DNA of 64,000 nucleotides from an uncultured Planctomycetaceae bacterium (GCA_963813715.1 CAWFAK010000012.1:320001-384000), one strand, 5' to 3'; shown: positions 34,298 to 44,613, counted from the first letter of the stretch. The notes: generated by a model from the sequence alone, not told the origin. Translations and numbers: made by a program.

Positions 34298-34496
34298 GGA
34301 ACGTCTTTCGTCCTCAAAGAATTAAGAATTCACTCGAATAAATTCGCTCGGATAAGTCCCTATCGCCGCGAAACTCGACCCGCACGGAGCCGGGCCGTAA
34401 AATTTGCGCCAGCATCTGAGCGACTCGCGCAGGGCCACAACGCTTGGGACACTGGGGATGACACCGCCAGCAACCGGCGCGTTCGGGTCGAATCGT

Positions 34497-34548
34497 CTAC
34501 AATTGCCCCGGGCTGGGTTGTTGGGCTCGGGCGACGGGGCCATTGTAG
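34497..34548. repeat. 14-bp inverted repeat (1 mismatch) in the purB/tal divergent intergenic region
   Basis: CTACAATTGCCCCG-N24-CGGGGCCATTGTAG. Confidence 0.7.
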
Positions 34549-34636
34549 CGGGGGCTGCCCGCACTGTGGAGAAGCCGACCGACCTGCCCGTTCCGAATAC
34601 GAGCGGCAAGACACCTGAAACCGAAAGGGATTCGAC

Positions 34637-35703
34637 ATGACACCCTTGGAATCGCTGATCGCAACGGGGACGAAACTCTGGCTCGACAGCGTCGATCCCG
34701 ACTTGATCAAGGTCAATCGCGGCTTCGGGGCGACGGGCGCCACCTCGAACCCCATCATCATTTCGGACCTCATCAAGACGGGCCGCTTCGATAAACACCT
34801 CACCGAACTGATGGAAAAAGGCTCGAGCGACGAAGAGGTCGCCTGGTTGATGACCGACAACTTCGTCCGCCAGGCCCAAGAGGTCTTCAAGGAGGTCAAT
34901 GACTCGACGAAGGGCAACAACGGCTACGTGAGCTTCGAGCTCGACCCTCTGTTGGAAGATCCGGCCTGCAAGCTATCGATCCCCGAAAAGGCGGCGAAGT
35001 ACGTCGAGCTCGGCCGCAAATGGTCGGCCGGCCATACCAACCGCATGATCAAGGTGCCCGGCACTCCGGGCGGGCTGGCGGCGCTCGAGCAGTTGGCGTC
35101 CGAGGGCCTGACCCTCAACGTCACGCTGCTCTTCTCCGATCGCCAGTACAAGATCGCCCGCGACAACGTGTGGCGCAGAGCGCAACGGCGGAAGTCGCTC
35201 GACCGGTTCAAGTCGGTTTACAGCATCTTCGTCAGCCGGCTCGACGTCTACACGAAGGAGCACATTCCCGAACTGTCGCCGGCCGCGCAGGGACAGGTCG
35301 GCATCGTCAACGCCAAGCGGCTCTGGAAGGAGAACCAGGAGTTCTGGAAGGACAAGAAGCTGCCGCTGCAGCAAGAGTTCATTTTCGCCAGCACGGGAAC
35401 CAAGGATAAGCACGATCCGCCGGACAAGTACGTCTCCGCCTTTGCGGGCGCGGACATCGAGACCAATCCGCCGGCCACTAACGCGGCCGTGCAGGCGATG
35501 ACCGGCAAAACCTTCACGCGGATGGTCGATCAGCTGCCCGCCGCAGGCCGTGCTCGACGAAGTCGACAAAAAAGTCGATTTCCATAAGCTCGAAGAAGTG
35601 CTGATGGATGAGGGAACGAAGAAGTTCGCCGATCCCTTCAAGAGCCTCTTGGCGCTGATTGCCCAAAAGCGGTCGGCGCTGCATGACGGCCGGTCGCCGA
35701 TGA
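34637..35703 (+). CDS. tal: Transaldolase (frameshifts ~35545, ~35682)
   Basis: [48 protein letters not shown]-terminus [10 protein letters not shown] lies in the next frame. Confidence 0.88.
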
Positions 35704-36291
35704 ACGACCGAGCGCAATCCGATGCAGCATCCACGGGCGCGGCAGCGGGCCGCGCCCGTTCGACGACCATTCTCAGCGTCCGCCTCAACGGCAAGGTGGC
35801 CCTGGGGGGCGACGGCCAGGTGTCCTACGGGAACACCATCATGAAGGCCGACACGCGGAAGATCCGCCGGATCCTCGACAACAAGGTGCTGGTCGGCTTC
35901 GCCGGCTCGACGGCCGACGCCTTCGCCCTGCTCGAACGTTTCGAGGCCCGGGCTAAGGATTATCCCGGCAACATCGTGCGGGCCGCGACGGAGTTGGCCC
36001 GCGACTGGCGGACCGATCGCCTGCTGCGACGGCTCGAGGCGATGATGGTCGTGATCAACGACGAGCACAGCCTGTTGATCACCGGGCAGGGAGACGTCGT
36101 TCAACCGTCCGACGGCATTATCGGCATCGGGTCCGGCGGAACGTACGCACTTGTCGGCAGCCCGGGCCCTGGTGCAGAACACCAAGCTCGCCGCCATCGA
36201 AATTGTCCGTCGCTCCCTGGTGATCGCCTCCGAAATTGACGTCTATACCAACGCGAACATCGTCGTGGAGGAGATGAAGTGTTCGAAATGA
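35700..36291 (+). CDS. hslV: ATP-dependent protease peptidase subunit (frameshift ~36151)
   Basis: [40 protein letters not shown], then [12 protein letters not shown] in the other frame. Confidence 0.92.
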
Positions 36292-37622
36292 CGCCGCGAG
36301 AAATCGTGGCTGAACTGGACAAGCACATCGTCGGGCAGGACGCGGCCAAGCGGGCCGTCGCCATCGCGCTGCGGAACCGCTGGCGCTGGCAAAAGCTGTC
36401 CGACGACGTCCGCAAGGAGGTCACGCCGAAGAACATCATCATGATCGGCCCCACTGGCGTCGGCAAAACGGAGATCACCCGCCGGCTGGCCAGCCTGATG
36501 GGAGCCCCCTTCGTCAAAGTCGAGGCGTCGCGTTACACCGAGGTCGGCTACTACGGCCGCGACGTCGAGAGCATCATCCGCGATCTGGTCGAGGCGGCTA
36601 TCAATCTGGTCCGCAACAAGAAACGGGCCGAAGTCGAAAAGCAGGCCGTGGAGCGGGTGGAGGAGCGTCTGCTGGACTTGCTCGTGCCCGCGTCCGACTG
36701 GCAGTCCGATGGTCCGGAGCAGGCCGCGGCCGGTCAGCGGCGGGAGCGGACCAAGGAAAAATTCCGCGACAAGCTGCGCACGGGGGAGTTGGAGGAACAG
36801 TCGGTCGAGATCTCCGTCGAGCAGCGATCTTCGCCCGTGCAGATCTTTTCCAACATGGGCATGGAGCAGATGGACATGGACTTGCAGGGCATGCTCGAAA
36901 AAATCATGCCCCGCCAGAGTTCCAAGCGGCACCTCAAAGTCCGCGAAGCCCGCCGCGTGCTGTTGGACCAGGAAATCGAGGCGCTCGTCGACAAAGACGC
37001 CGTGCACGAAGAGGCGCTCCGCCTCGCCGAGGGGGCCGGCGTCGTCTTTCTCGACGAGATCGACAAGGTGTGCGGACCGGAAGAGGGAGGCCGAGGCCCC
37101 GACGTCAGCCGGCAAGGCGTGCAGCGCGACTTATTGCCGATCGTCGAAGGGACGACTGTTCAGACTCGTTACGGCTCGATCAAGACCGACCATATCCTGT
37201 TCATCGCCGCCGGCGCGTTCCACAAGTCAAAACCCTCCGACCTGATGCCCGAGTTGCAGGGCCGCTTCCCGATCCGCGTCGAGCTGAAGGACCTGACGCG
37301 CGACGACTTCGTGCGGATTCTGACCGAGCCTGCCACCTCGCTCACCCGCCAGTACGAACTGTTGCTGTCGAGCGACGGCGTGAAGCTCAAATTCAAGAAA
37401 GACGGTGTGGAGGCGCTGGCCGACATCGCCTATCACGTGAACCAGACCAGCCAGAATATCGGAGCACGGCGACTCTACACGCTCTTGGAACGACTGCTCG
37501 AGGATGTGAGCTTCGCGGCCCCCGACGGCGCCAAGAAAACCGTCACGATCGACGCCGAGTACGTGCGGGACAAACTGGACGCGATCACGGCCAACGAGGA
37601 TCTCACGAAGTTCATCCTGTAA
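36279..37622 (+). CDS. hslU: ATP-dependent protease ATPase subunit
   Basis: TPREIV, GPTGVGKTE, FLDEIDK, GVQRDLLP, ELQGRFPIRV, NIGARRL. Confidence 0.96.
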   Translation: MFEMTPREIVAELDKHIVGQDAAKRAVAIALRNRWRWQKLSDDVRKEVTPKNIIMIGPTGVGKTEITRRLASLMGAPFVKVEASRYTEVGYYGRDVESIIRDLVEAAINLVRNKKRAEVEKQAVERVEERLLDLLVPASDWQSDGPEQAAAGQRRERTKEKFRDKLRTGELEEQSVEISVEQRSSPVQIFSNMGMEQMDMDLQGMLEKIMPRQSSKRHLKVREARRVLLDQEIEALVDKDAVHEEALRLAEGAGVVFLDEIDKVCGPEEGGRGPDVSRQGVQRDLLPIVEGTTVQTRYGSIKTDHILFIAAGAFHKSKPSDLMPELQGRFPIRVELKDLTRDDFVRILTEPATSLTRQYELLLSSDGVKLKFKKDGVEALADIAYHVNQTSQNIGARRLYTLLERLLEDVSFAAPDGAKKTVTIDAEYVRDKLDAITANEDLTKFIL

Positions 37623-37668
37623 GGCGGCCTGGGCTGACTGGTACGGCGCTAGTTGGGGAGTGGCGACG

Positions 37669-38064
37669 ATGAGCGAGGCGGAAAAGACTCCGGACGATCC
37701 TCCCGCTTCCAAAGGCTCGCAACCCGCCCCTCGTCGCAGCGCGAGTACAACCGCTCGGATCATCCGCGAGATGGACATGATGCGAGTTGGTATTGATGCG
37801 GTCCTGCGAAGCGTCTCGACGAGCGAACTCGTGTTGGAGGGTCCGCCCGGCCTCAAGCTGCAGGACCAGATCAAAGTCCACCTGCATCACGTCGTCCAGC
37901 GGTTCGAGAAGGAAGTCCGCGGACTGGTGCGGCAGCTCGAGCCGATCGACGCAGAGACCGAGCGGATGACCGTCGAGTTGTTTACCCGGCTGACACCCGT
38001 GGAAACCGGCGTCCTCAAGATGGGAATCGACGTCGACGGCAACGCGGCCCCCCGGTGGATCTGA
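37669..38064 (+). CDS. Hypothetical protein, possibly a degenerate PilZ-like domain
   Basis: PRRSAS...RSVSTSEL, beta-rich pattern (QIKVHL, GLVRQ, TVELF). Confidence 0.55.
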   Translation: MSEAEKTPDDPPASKGSQPAPRRSASTTARIIREMDMMRVGIDAVLRSVSTSELVLEGPPGLKLQDQIKVHLHHVVQRFEKEVRGLVRQLEPIDAETERMTVELFTRLTPVETGVLKMGIDVDGNAAPRWI

Positions 38065-38101
38065 CTGTGCATCGGACTGGGACGCCAACGAAAGAGCAAC
38101 G

Positions 38102-39127
38102 ATGACCGAGCCGGCAGCGAAACCTGATCCCAACAACATTCTGAACCTGCTCTTCGCCTTTCGGCTGTCGAAAACGATGTTCGACGCGGTCTCGCTCGGG
38201 GTTTTCGACGCACTGGCCGAGGGGCCGCAGTCGGCGGCCGCCCTCGCCAAGCGCCTCGAGGCGAACGCCGACGCGCTCGAGCGGCTGCTCGACGCCTGCG
38301 TCGGTCTCCAATTGCTGGCCAAGAAAGGGACCGATTACGCGAATACCCCGGAGGCGTCGGCCTATTTGTGCCAGGCCAGCCCCGATCGTCTGACCGGCTA
38401 CATCAACTATTCCAACGACGTGATGTGGAAGTTGTGGGCGAACCTGAAAGACGCAGTACGCGAAGGAACGAACCGCTGGAAGCAGACGTATGGCTGGGAC
38501 GGCCCCCTGTTTTCGGCCTTTTACCGCACTGACGAGGCGCTCCGCGAGTTTTTGATGGGCATGCACGGGTTCGGACAAATCAGCTCGCCGCACGTGGCCG
38601 CGGCCTTCGACCTCGGGCGGTTCCGCCACCTCGTCGACCTGGGGGGCGGGACGGGCCACCTGGCCGTCGCCGCCTGCGAGCATTACCCTGCCCTGCGCGC
38701 GACCGTGTTCGATCTGCCCGAAGCCCTGTCTCTGGCACGAGAGATTGTCGGCGCCACTCCGGTGGCGGATCGGGTCCAATTCCAAGGTGGCGACTTTTTT
38801 CAGGACGCACTGCCGGAGGCCGACCTGTTCAGCCTGGGGCGGATCTTGCACGACTGGACCGAGGCCAAGATCAGGCGACTGCTGACTCGCGTCTATGAGC
38901 GGCTGCCAAGCGGCGGCGGCGTACTCGTCGCCGAAAAACTGCTCAACGACGATAAAGCAGGTCCGAGCTGGGCGCAGATGCAATCGCTGAACATGCTGGT
39001 CTGCACGGAGGGCAAGGAACGGACGCTGGGCGAATACGCCGACTTACTTCAACAGGTCGGTTTCATCAACGTTCGCGGCAGCCGCAATTCCTCTCCGCTG
39101 GACGCAGTTCTGGCCCTCAAGCCTTAG
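38102..39127 (+). CDS. O-methyltransferase family 2, acetylserotonin O-methyltransferase-like
   Basis: Dimerisation N-terminus, DLGGGTG, FDLP, GDFF..LPEADL, ILHDW, SLNMLVCTEGKERT. Confidence 0.88.
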   Translation: MTEPAAKPDPNNILNLLFAFRLSKTMFDAVSLGVFDALAEGPQSAAALAKRLEANADALERLLDACVGLQLLAKKGTDYANTPEASAYLCQASPDRLTGYINYSNDVMWKLWANLKDAVREGTNRWKQTYGWDGPLFSAFYRTDEALREFLMGMHGFGQISSPHVAAAFDLGRFRHLVDLGGGTGHLAVAACEHYPALRATVFDLPEALSLAREIVGATPVADRVQFQGGDFFQDALPEADLFSLGRILHDWTEAKIRRLLTRVYERLPSGGGVLVAEKLLNDDKAGPSWAQMQSLNMLVCTEGKERTLGEYADLLQQVGFINVRGSRNSSPLDAVLALKP

Positions 39128-39145
39128 CTCGGGACGCGCGCACGC

Positions 39146-40054
39146 ATGCTGTTTCAGTTTGAAAGCGTCACCAAGACTTACGGCTCCATCGTCGCGCTCG
39201 ACAATCTGTCGGTGTCGGCACCGACGGGCGCCATTGGCTTGTTGGGGCCGAACGGCTCGGGCAAAACGACCCTGATCCGCTCGCTGCTGGGGCTCACACG
39301 CGTCGATCGGGGCTCCGGCCAGGTGCTGGGAATGGATTTTCGCCGGCGCCAGCTCGACATCCGGCGGGCCGTCGGCTTCGTTCCCGAAGACGAATGTCTG
39401 TTTCCGCACGTCGTCGGTGTCGAGTTCGTCGCCTATGCGGGCGAACTGGTCGGCATGTCGACCAAGGACGCGATGCAGCGGTCGCACGAAGTTCTCGATT
39501 ACGTCGGGCTGGGCGAGGCCCGCTACCGCAAGGTCGAATCGTATTCGACCGGCATGAAGCAACGGCTGAAGCTGGCCTCGGCCATCGTCCACGACCCGCA
39601 GCTGCTCATCATGGACGAGCCGACCAACGGGATGGATCCCCGCGGCCGCGAAGATCTGCTCGAACTGGCCCGCGACCTGGCCTTGAATAAAGGGATGAGC
39701 CTGCTGTTTTCCAGCCACTTGCTTCCCGACGTCGAGTCGGTGTGCGACCAGATCATCGTTTTAGGACGCGGCAAGCTGCTGACCGAGGGGAACATTCAGC
39801 AGCTCAAGCAACTGCATCAGCGGAGCTTTGAAGTTCGACTGAAGACCGACTCGCGGCCGTTCTGCGATCGACTGTCGGCGCTCGGATGTCGATCCGAAAC
39901 TCGCGAAGACTTTCTGGTCGTGCAGATCCCCGACGGCCGCACGCAGCAACTGCTCTGGGAGGTCGCCGCGCAAGAAAAGGTGCAAATCCGCACCCTGAGG
40001 CCACAGCGGAGCACGCTGGAAGAAGTCTTCCTCAAAGCCCTGGAGCAGGCCTGA
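39146..40054 (+). CDS. ABC transporter ATP-binding protein
   Basis: GPNGSGKTT, YSTGMKQR, IMDEPT, SSH. Confidence 0.93.
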   Translation: MLFQFESVTKTYGSIVALDNLSVSAPTGAIGLLGPNGSGKTTLIRSLLGLTRVDRGSGQVLGMDFRRRQLDIRRAVGFVPEDECLFPHVVGVEFVAYAGELVGMSTKDAMQRSHEVLDYVGLGEARYRKVESYSTGMKQRLKLASAIVHDPQLLIMDEPTNGMDPRGREDLLELARDLALNKGMSLLFSSHLLPDVESVCDQIIVLGRGKLLTEGNIQQLKQLHQRSFEVRLKTDSRPFCDRLSALGCRSETREDFLVVQIPDGRTQQLLWEVAAQEKVQIRTLRPQRSTLEEVFLKALEQA

Positions 40055-41201
40055 TGCCGATCTTCGACCAAGGCTACCAGCATTGGAAAGGGCCGTTGTC
40101 GAGCCACGCCTGGCGCTGGTTCGCCATTACGCGCCACGGCGTGCGGATCGGTTTTCAGGGCCGCGTATTTCGCATGGTGCTGCTGGTCTCGCTTTTGCCG
40201 GCGGTCGCCTTGGCCACCGCTCTATGCCTGTGGGGGCTCATCGAACGTCAATCGGATCTGGTGGCGGGTCTGGTGCCGATTCTGGTTTCGTTTCAGTTTC
40301 TCGGACCGGGCGTGGCGACCGATCCCAAAATGTATCGCGTCGAGATCTGGACCCTGTGTTTCAACTTGTTCTTTTCGATCGAGCTGACGCTCTCGATGAT
40401 CCTGATCGTGCTGGTCGGCCCCAGCTTGATCAGTCAGGACCTGCGCTTCAACGCGTTCCCACTCTACTTGTCGCGCCCCATGCGACGGATCGACTATCTC
40501 GGCGGCAAGCTGGGGGTGATCGCGGCCTTCCTCGGCCTGGCGATCATCGTCCCCTGCCTGCTGACGTACGGCCTGGGGCTGCTCTTCACCTTTGATTTGA
40601 CGATCCTGAAAGACACGTATCGACTGCTGTTTGCGAGCGTGGCGTACGGCCTGGTGATCATTTTCGTTTCGGGCATGCTGATTCTGGCGCTGTCGTCTCT
40701 GTCCCGCAGTTCGCGCTGGGTAGCCTTGTTCTGGCTGGGAATCTGGCTGGTGAGCGGTTTTGCCTCGGGCGCTCGAAGGCCTGCAGGTCGCGCAGCGGCA
40801 GCGCGCTCACTTCCAAAGAGTCGCGGAGATTCAAACAAAACGACCGGCCGACGAAACCCGCGAGGAGCGGCGGCGGAGAGTCGAAGCCATGCGCGCCGAT
40901 CAAAAGTCGCGGGTCGAAACGATGCAGATGGAACAGATGGAAGCCTCCAAGAACCGACTGGAGACCTTTGATCTCTTACACGGCCAACCTGTCGCGGATC
41001 GGCCGTCAGCTGCTGGGCACCGATGCCGCCTGGCAGAAGCTGAGCGAGATGCAGCCTCCGCCGATGCGCGAGCGATTCCTCGCGCAATGGGTCGGGCCCC
41101 AATATCCGTGGTATTGGTCGGCGGGAGTGCTGGTCGGCCTGTTTGGGGTTTCCGCCTGCATCCTCAGTCTTTCCGTCCGCTCGCTGGATCGACTGCGATG
41201 A
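40054..41201 (+). CDS. ABC-2 type transporter permease (frameshifts ~40770, ~40952)
   Basis: MPIFDQGYQHW, ISQDLRFNAFPLYLSRP..DYLGGK, multiple TM helices; TGATG and ATGA coupling at both ends. Confidence 0.85.
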
Positions 41202-42142
41202 CCGAAACTTCCGACAGCAAGCCGATCGTCGAGTTCCACGGGGTCTCCAAGTGGTACGGCAACGTCATCGGCATCAATAAGCTGACGCTACGAGTTCCCG
41301 CCGGCGTCACCGGACTGCTCGGGCCCAACGGCGCCGGCAAATCGACGTTTTTGCAGCTGGCGACGGGCCAGCTCTTTGCGAGCCAGGGACAGGTCCGCGT
41401 GCTGGGCCAATCGGTCTGGAACAATTCGACGATCAATCGCCAAATCGGCCTGTGTCCGGAGCAGGACGCCTTTTATGAGTGGATGACCGGTTGGGACTTC
41501 GTTTACACGTCGGCCCGGCTGGCCGGGCTCAACCGTTCCGCGGCCAAGGACGCCGCCGCGCGCACGATCGAATCGGTCGGCATGACCCGGCACCAGGGCC
41601 GCGCCGTCCGCGGTTACTCCAAAGGGATGCGGCAGCGGACGAAGCTGGCGCAGGCTCTCGTGCACGATCCGCGCGTGCTGTTTCTCGACGAGCCGCTGAC
41701 GGGGACCGACCCGGTCGCCCGCCACGACCTGATGACCATCATCCAGCGTTTGGGTAGCGAAGGGAAAAGCGTCGTCGTCTCCAGCCACGTGCTGCACGAA
41801 GTTCAGTCGCTCACGCCGAACATCATCCTGCTCAACCATGGACGGCTCGTGGCAGAGGGCAACGTTCGCGACATCCGCGACCTGATCGACAAGCATCCGC
41901 ATCAGATCGTGCTGATCTGCGACGAATACCGCAAACTGGCCGGACGCATCCTCGAGTGGGACGACGTCGAGGGCGTCCGCGTGCTGGCCCGCGAACAGGG
42001 CCTGATGGTCGAAACCCGCCAGCCCGACGCGTTTTACAGTCGCCTGCCGGCACTCTCGCTGGAAGACGGCCTCGCCATCAAAGAGGTCTACTCCGACGAC
42101 GATTCGCTCGAAAGCGTCTTCAAGTACCTGGTGAATCGATGA
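41198..42142 (+). CDS. ABC transporter ATP-binding protein
   Basis: GPNGAGKST, YSKGMRQR, FLDEPL, SSH. Confidence 0.93.
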   Translation: MTETSDSKPIVEFHGVSKWYGNVIGINKLTLRVPAGVTGLLGPNGAGKSTFLQLATGQLFASQGQVRVLGQSVWNNSTINRQIGLCPEQDAFYEWMTGWDFVYTSARLAGLNRSAAKDAAARTIESVGMTRHQGRAVRGYSKGMRQRTKLAQALVHDPRVLFLDEPLTGTDPVARHDLMTIIQRLGSEGKSVVVSSHVLHEVQSLTPNIILLNHGRLVAEGNVRDIRDLIDKHPHQIVLICDEYRKLAGRILEWDDVEGVRVLAREQGLMVETRQPDAFYSRLPALSLEDGLAIKEVYSDDDSLESVFKYLVNR

Positions 42143-43059
42143 AACCGGCCGCGATCGCGGATGTGACCGCAAACAGTTTCGACTCTCCCGCCGATCGCGG
42201 TGCGCCGGGCTCGTCCCGTTTGGTGTCGCTCTGGACGGTCTACGCGCTCACCTTGCGGCAGCACCTGCACGGCAAGCGGTGGATGGTGATTGCCGGCATG
42301 TGCGTGCTCTGCGCGGGTCTGGTGGCCGTCGTCCGGGCTACCGCGCCTGACGTTCCATCCGTCGAGCTCGAGTTCGACATTGCCTTCATGTTCATCCCGC
42401 AGGCAATCCTGCCGCTCTTGGCGCTGATCTACGCGTCGGGCCTCGTGCGCGATGAACAGGAAGAGCAAACGCTGACTTACCTGCTCATTCGACCGATCCC
42501 CAAGTGGGCTCTCTACAGCTTGAAACTCTTCGCCACGCTGACGACGGCCGTGCTGCTCGTCGTCATGCTGACGTTGTTGACCTACGTTGCCATCTATGCG
42601 GGGGGAGGGACGAGTTTCCGCGAGGTGGCGCCGCGCGTGTTGCGCGCGGCATCGATCCATTCGCTCGCCGTCGTCACCTATTGCTGCCTGTTTGGCTTGA
42701 TCAGCCTGCTCACGAAACGGACGCTCGTCGTCGGCATTCTGTATGTCGCGCTATTCGAGGGCCTGCTGGCAAATCTACCGTTCAGCATCCGTCTGGCGAC
42801 GGTTGTCTACTACACACGGCTGATCGCCTATCGCACGCTGACTTTTTTGGTCCCCTTGCCGATCGACCCTTCCCGCTTCAACGACCTGGCGGCGGAAGTC
42901 TGGCAGTTCGACGTTAAGACCGACCCGGGACTGGTCGACCATCCCCAGCTCCGCACCTGCCTGATTGTGCTATTGGCCGCCTGCGCGATTTCGACCCTGC
43001 TCGCTGCCATCCTCTTCTCCCAGCGCGAGTTCCACGTCAAAACGCCGGAGAAGTCGTAG
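42139..43059 (+). CDS. ABC-2 type transporter permease
   Basis: DEQEEQTLTYLLIRP..K; about six TM helices. Confidence 0.87.
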   Translation: MKPAAIADVTANSFDSPADRGAPGSSRLVSLWTVYALTLRQHLHGKRWMVIAGMCVLCAGLVAVVRATAPDVPSVELEFDIAFMFIPQAILPLLALIYASGLVRDEQEEQTLTYLLIRPIPKWALYSLKLFATLTTAVLLVVMLTLLTYVAIYAGGGTSFREVAPRVLRAASIHSLAVVTYCCLFGLISLLTKRTLVVGILYVALFEGLLANLPFSIRLATVVYYTRLIAYRTLTFLVPLPIDPSRFNDLAAEVWQFDVKTDPGLVDHPQLRTCLIVLLAACAISTLLAAILFSQREFHVKTPEKS

Positions 43060-43221
43060 CGAACTGCTCGCGGCCTGCCAATGGGGGCATCGCTGGTTGT
43101 TGATCAACCTGATCGACGAGCAGACTTTCGAGTATCTTAAAGCCTCCAATCCGGATCTCGAAAAACAGCGCTGACGGCTGGCCTGATGTGTCGCCGCCCG
43201 TGCCGCGCGAAAAGGTGCACG

Positions 43222-44556
43222 ATGCTGCGACGCAAACTGGCGGTTCTGTTGTTGGCGGGGATCCTGTGGCCGTGCACGGCCGCCCGCGCGCACTTCTTAT
43301 TTATCCGCATTAATGAGCCGGCCGAAGCGGGGCGCACCGTCGAGGTCTTCTTTAGCGAGAAGGCCGACGCCGGCGATCCGCGATTCATCAGCAAGGTCGC
43401 CGGAACGACGCTGAGCGTGCAGTCCGCTCCCGGAAAGTTCCAGCCGCTGGCGGTACGACAAGCGGCCGATCGTTTGCGTGCCTCGCTGCCGTCCTCCGGT
43501 CCCGTCAGCGTCACGGGCTTCCTGGAATACGGCGTCTTGAAGCGCGAAATTCCCTTCTTGCTGCGGTACTACCCCAAGGCGGTGGCCGGTGACGCCGCGG
43601 CGCTGGCTCCCTTGCGACCGCGCCCGCAAGCGGCGCTGGAAATCGACGCGACCTTCGACGGGGATCACGTGACGCTCGCGCTGCTTCGTGAGGGCAAGCC
43701 GGTCCCAGGCGTCACGTTCACCACAGTGGACGACGACCTCGTCAACGAGGAAGTGAAGGCCGACGCCAGCGGCAAAGCCGTTTGGAAGCCCCCCTCGCCC
43801 GGCTTCTATTGCATCTATGCGAAATCCGTACTGAAGACGCCGGGCCAATGGAAAGGCACGCCTTATTCCGAGATTCGCGAATTCGCCACGATCGCCTTCC
43901 GCTGGCCGTTGACCCGGACCGACGCCGACCCGGAGGCGGTCAAACTGTTCGACAAGGCATTGGCGGCCCGCGCGACCTGGGAGCAGTTTCCCGGATTTTC
44001 TGCGGAACTGTCCGGCAGCGTCGACGGGCGGATCTTCACAGGTAAGGCGACGGTTGCCGGCGCCGGAGACGTGACTCTCGAGCTGGACGACCCCGTCGTG
44101 CGGCCGTGGGTCGAAGAACAACTTCAATCGCTCGTCAATCACCGTCTGGCGCCGCTGAAGCACGAAGGCGCGCCGCCCGTCCTCCGCTTCGCCGATCACG
44201 ATACGTCGCATCCGCTCGGTCGGCTGTTGATCTTTGACGGCGGCCAATTCGCCTCGAGTTATCGGGTGCTCGATGATCGCATCACGGTCGTCAATCGCAA
44301 CCTGGGCGGACGGAATATGACGATCACCGTCCTCGACGACGCGCTCAACGCGGAAGGCAAGCAACTGCCGCAGTCGTACACCGTTCAATACTGGAAAGCC
44401 GACAACGGCGAGCTCGACCGCACCGAATCGATTTCCAATCGCTGGACTCGCGTCGGCCGCTACGACCTGCCGGCCTCGGTCACCGTCCGAACGGCGTCGA
44501 AGACCGGACTCACGGTCCGCTCGCTGCAACTGGCGAAGCACAAGCTGGCAAAGTGA
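43222..44556 (+). CDS. Exported protein with C-terminal DUF3386-like domain
   Basis: Signal peptide ARA-HF; AVKLF..ARATWEQFPGFSA; SLVNHR; SSYRV..RITVVNR. Confidence 0.75.
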   Translation: MLRRKLAVLLLAGILWPCTAARAHFLFIRINEPAEAGRTVEVFFSEKADAGDPRFISKVAGTTLSVQSAPGKFQPLAVRQAADRLRASLPSSGPVSVTGFLEYGVLKREIPFLLRYYPKAVAGDAAALAPLRPRPQAALEIDATFDGDHVTLALLREGKPVPGVTFTTVDDDLVNEEVKADASGKAVWKPPSPGFYCIYAKSVLKTPGQWKGTPYSEIREFATIAFRWPLTRTDADPEAVKLFDKALAARATWEQFPGFSAELSGSVDGRIFTGKATVAGAGDVTLELDDPVVRPWVEEQLQSLVNHRLAPLKHEGAPPVLRFADHDTSHPLGRLLIFDGGQFASSYRVLDDRITVVNRNLGGRNMTITVLDDALNAEGKQLPQSYTVQYWKADNGELDRTESISNRWTRVGRYDLPASVTVRTASKTGLTVRSLQLAKHKLAK

Positions 44557-44613
44557 TTCCAGCGCCAGCCGCGCGGCAACGTGCCGGACGCGGGCGACAG
44601 GCCGGCATCCGAT

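Noticed and set aside
34298..34636. ZTP or purine riboswitch upstream of purB
   Set aside because: Conserved aptamer sequences not found on the purB strand by eye.
35550..36239. Transaldolase-HslV fusion
   Set aside because: More simply explained by an indel; an ATGA stop/start overlap exists at 35700-35703.
40760..42142. ABC ATPase with a long N-terminal extension
   Set aside because: The extension is a frameshifted piece of the upstream permease; the ATPase starts at 41198.
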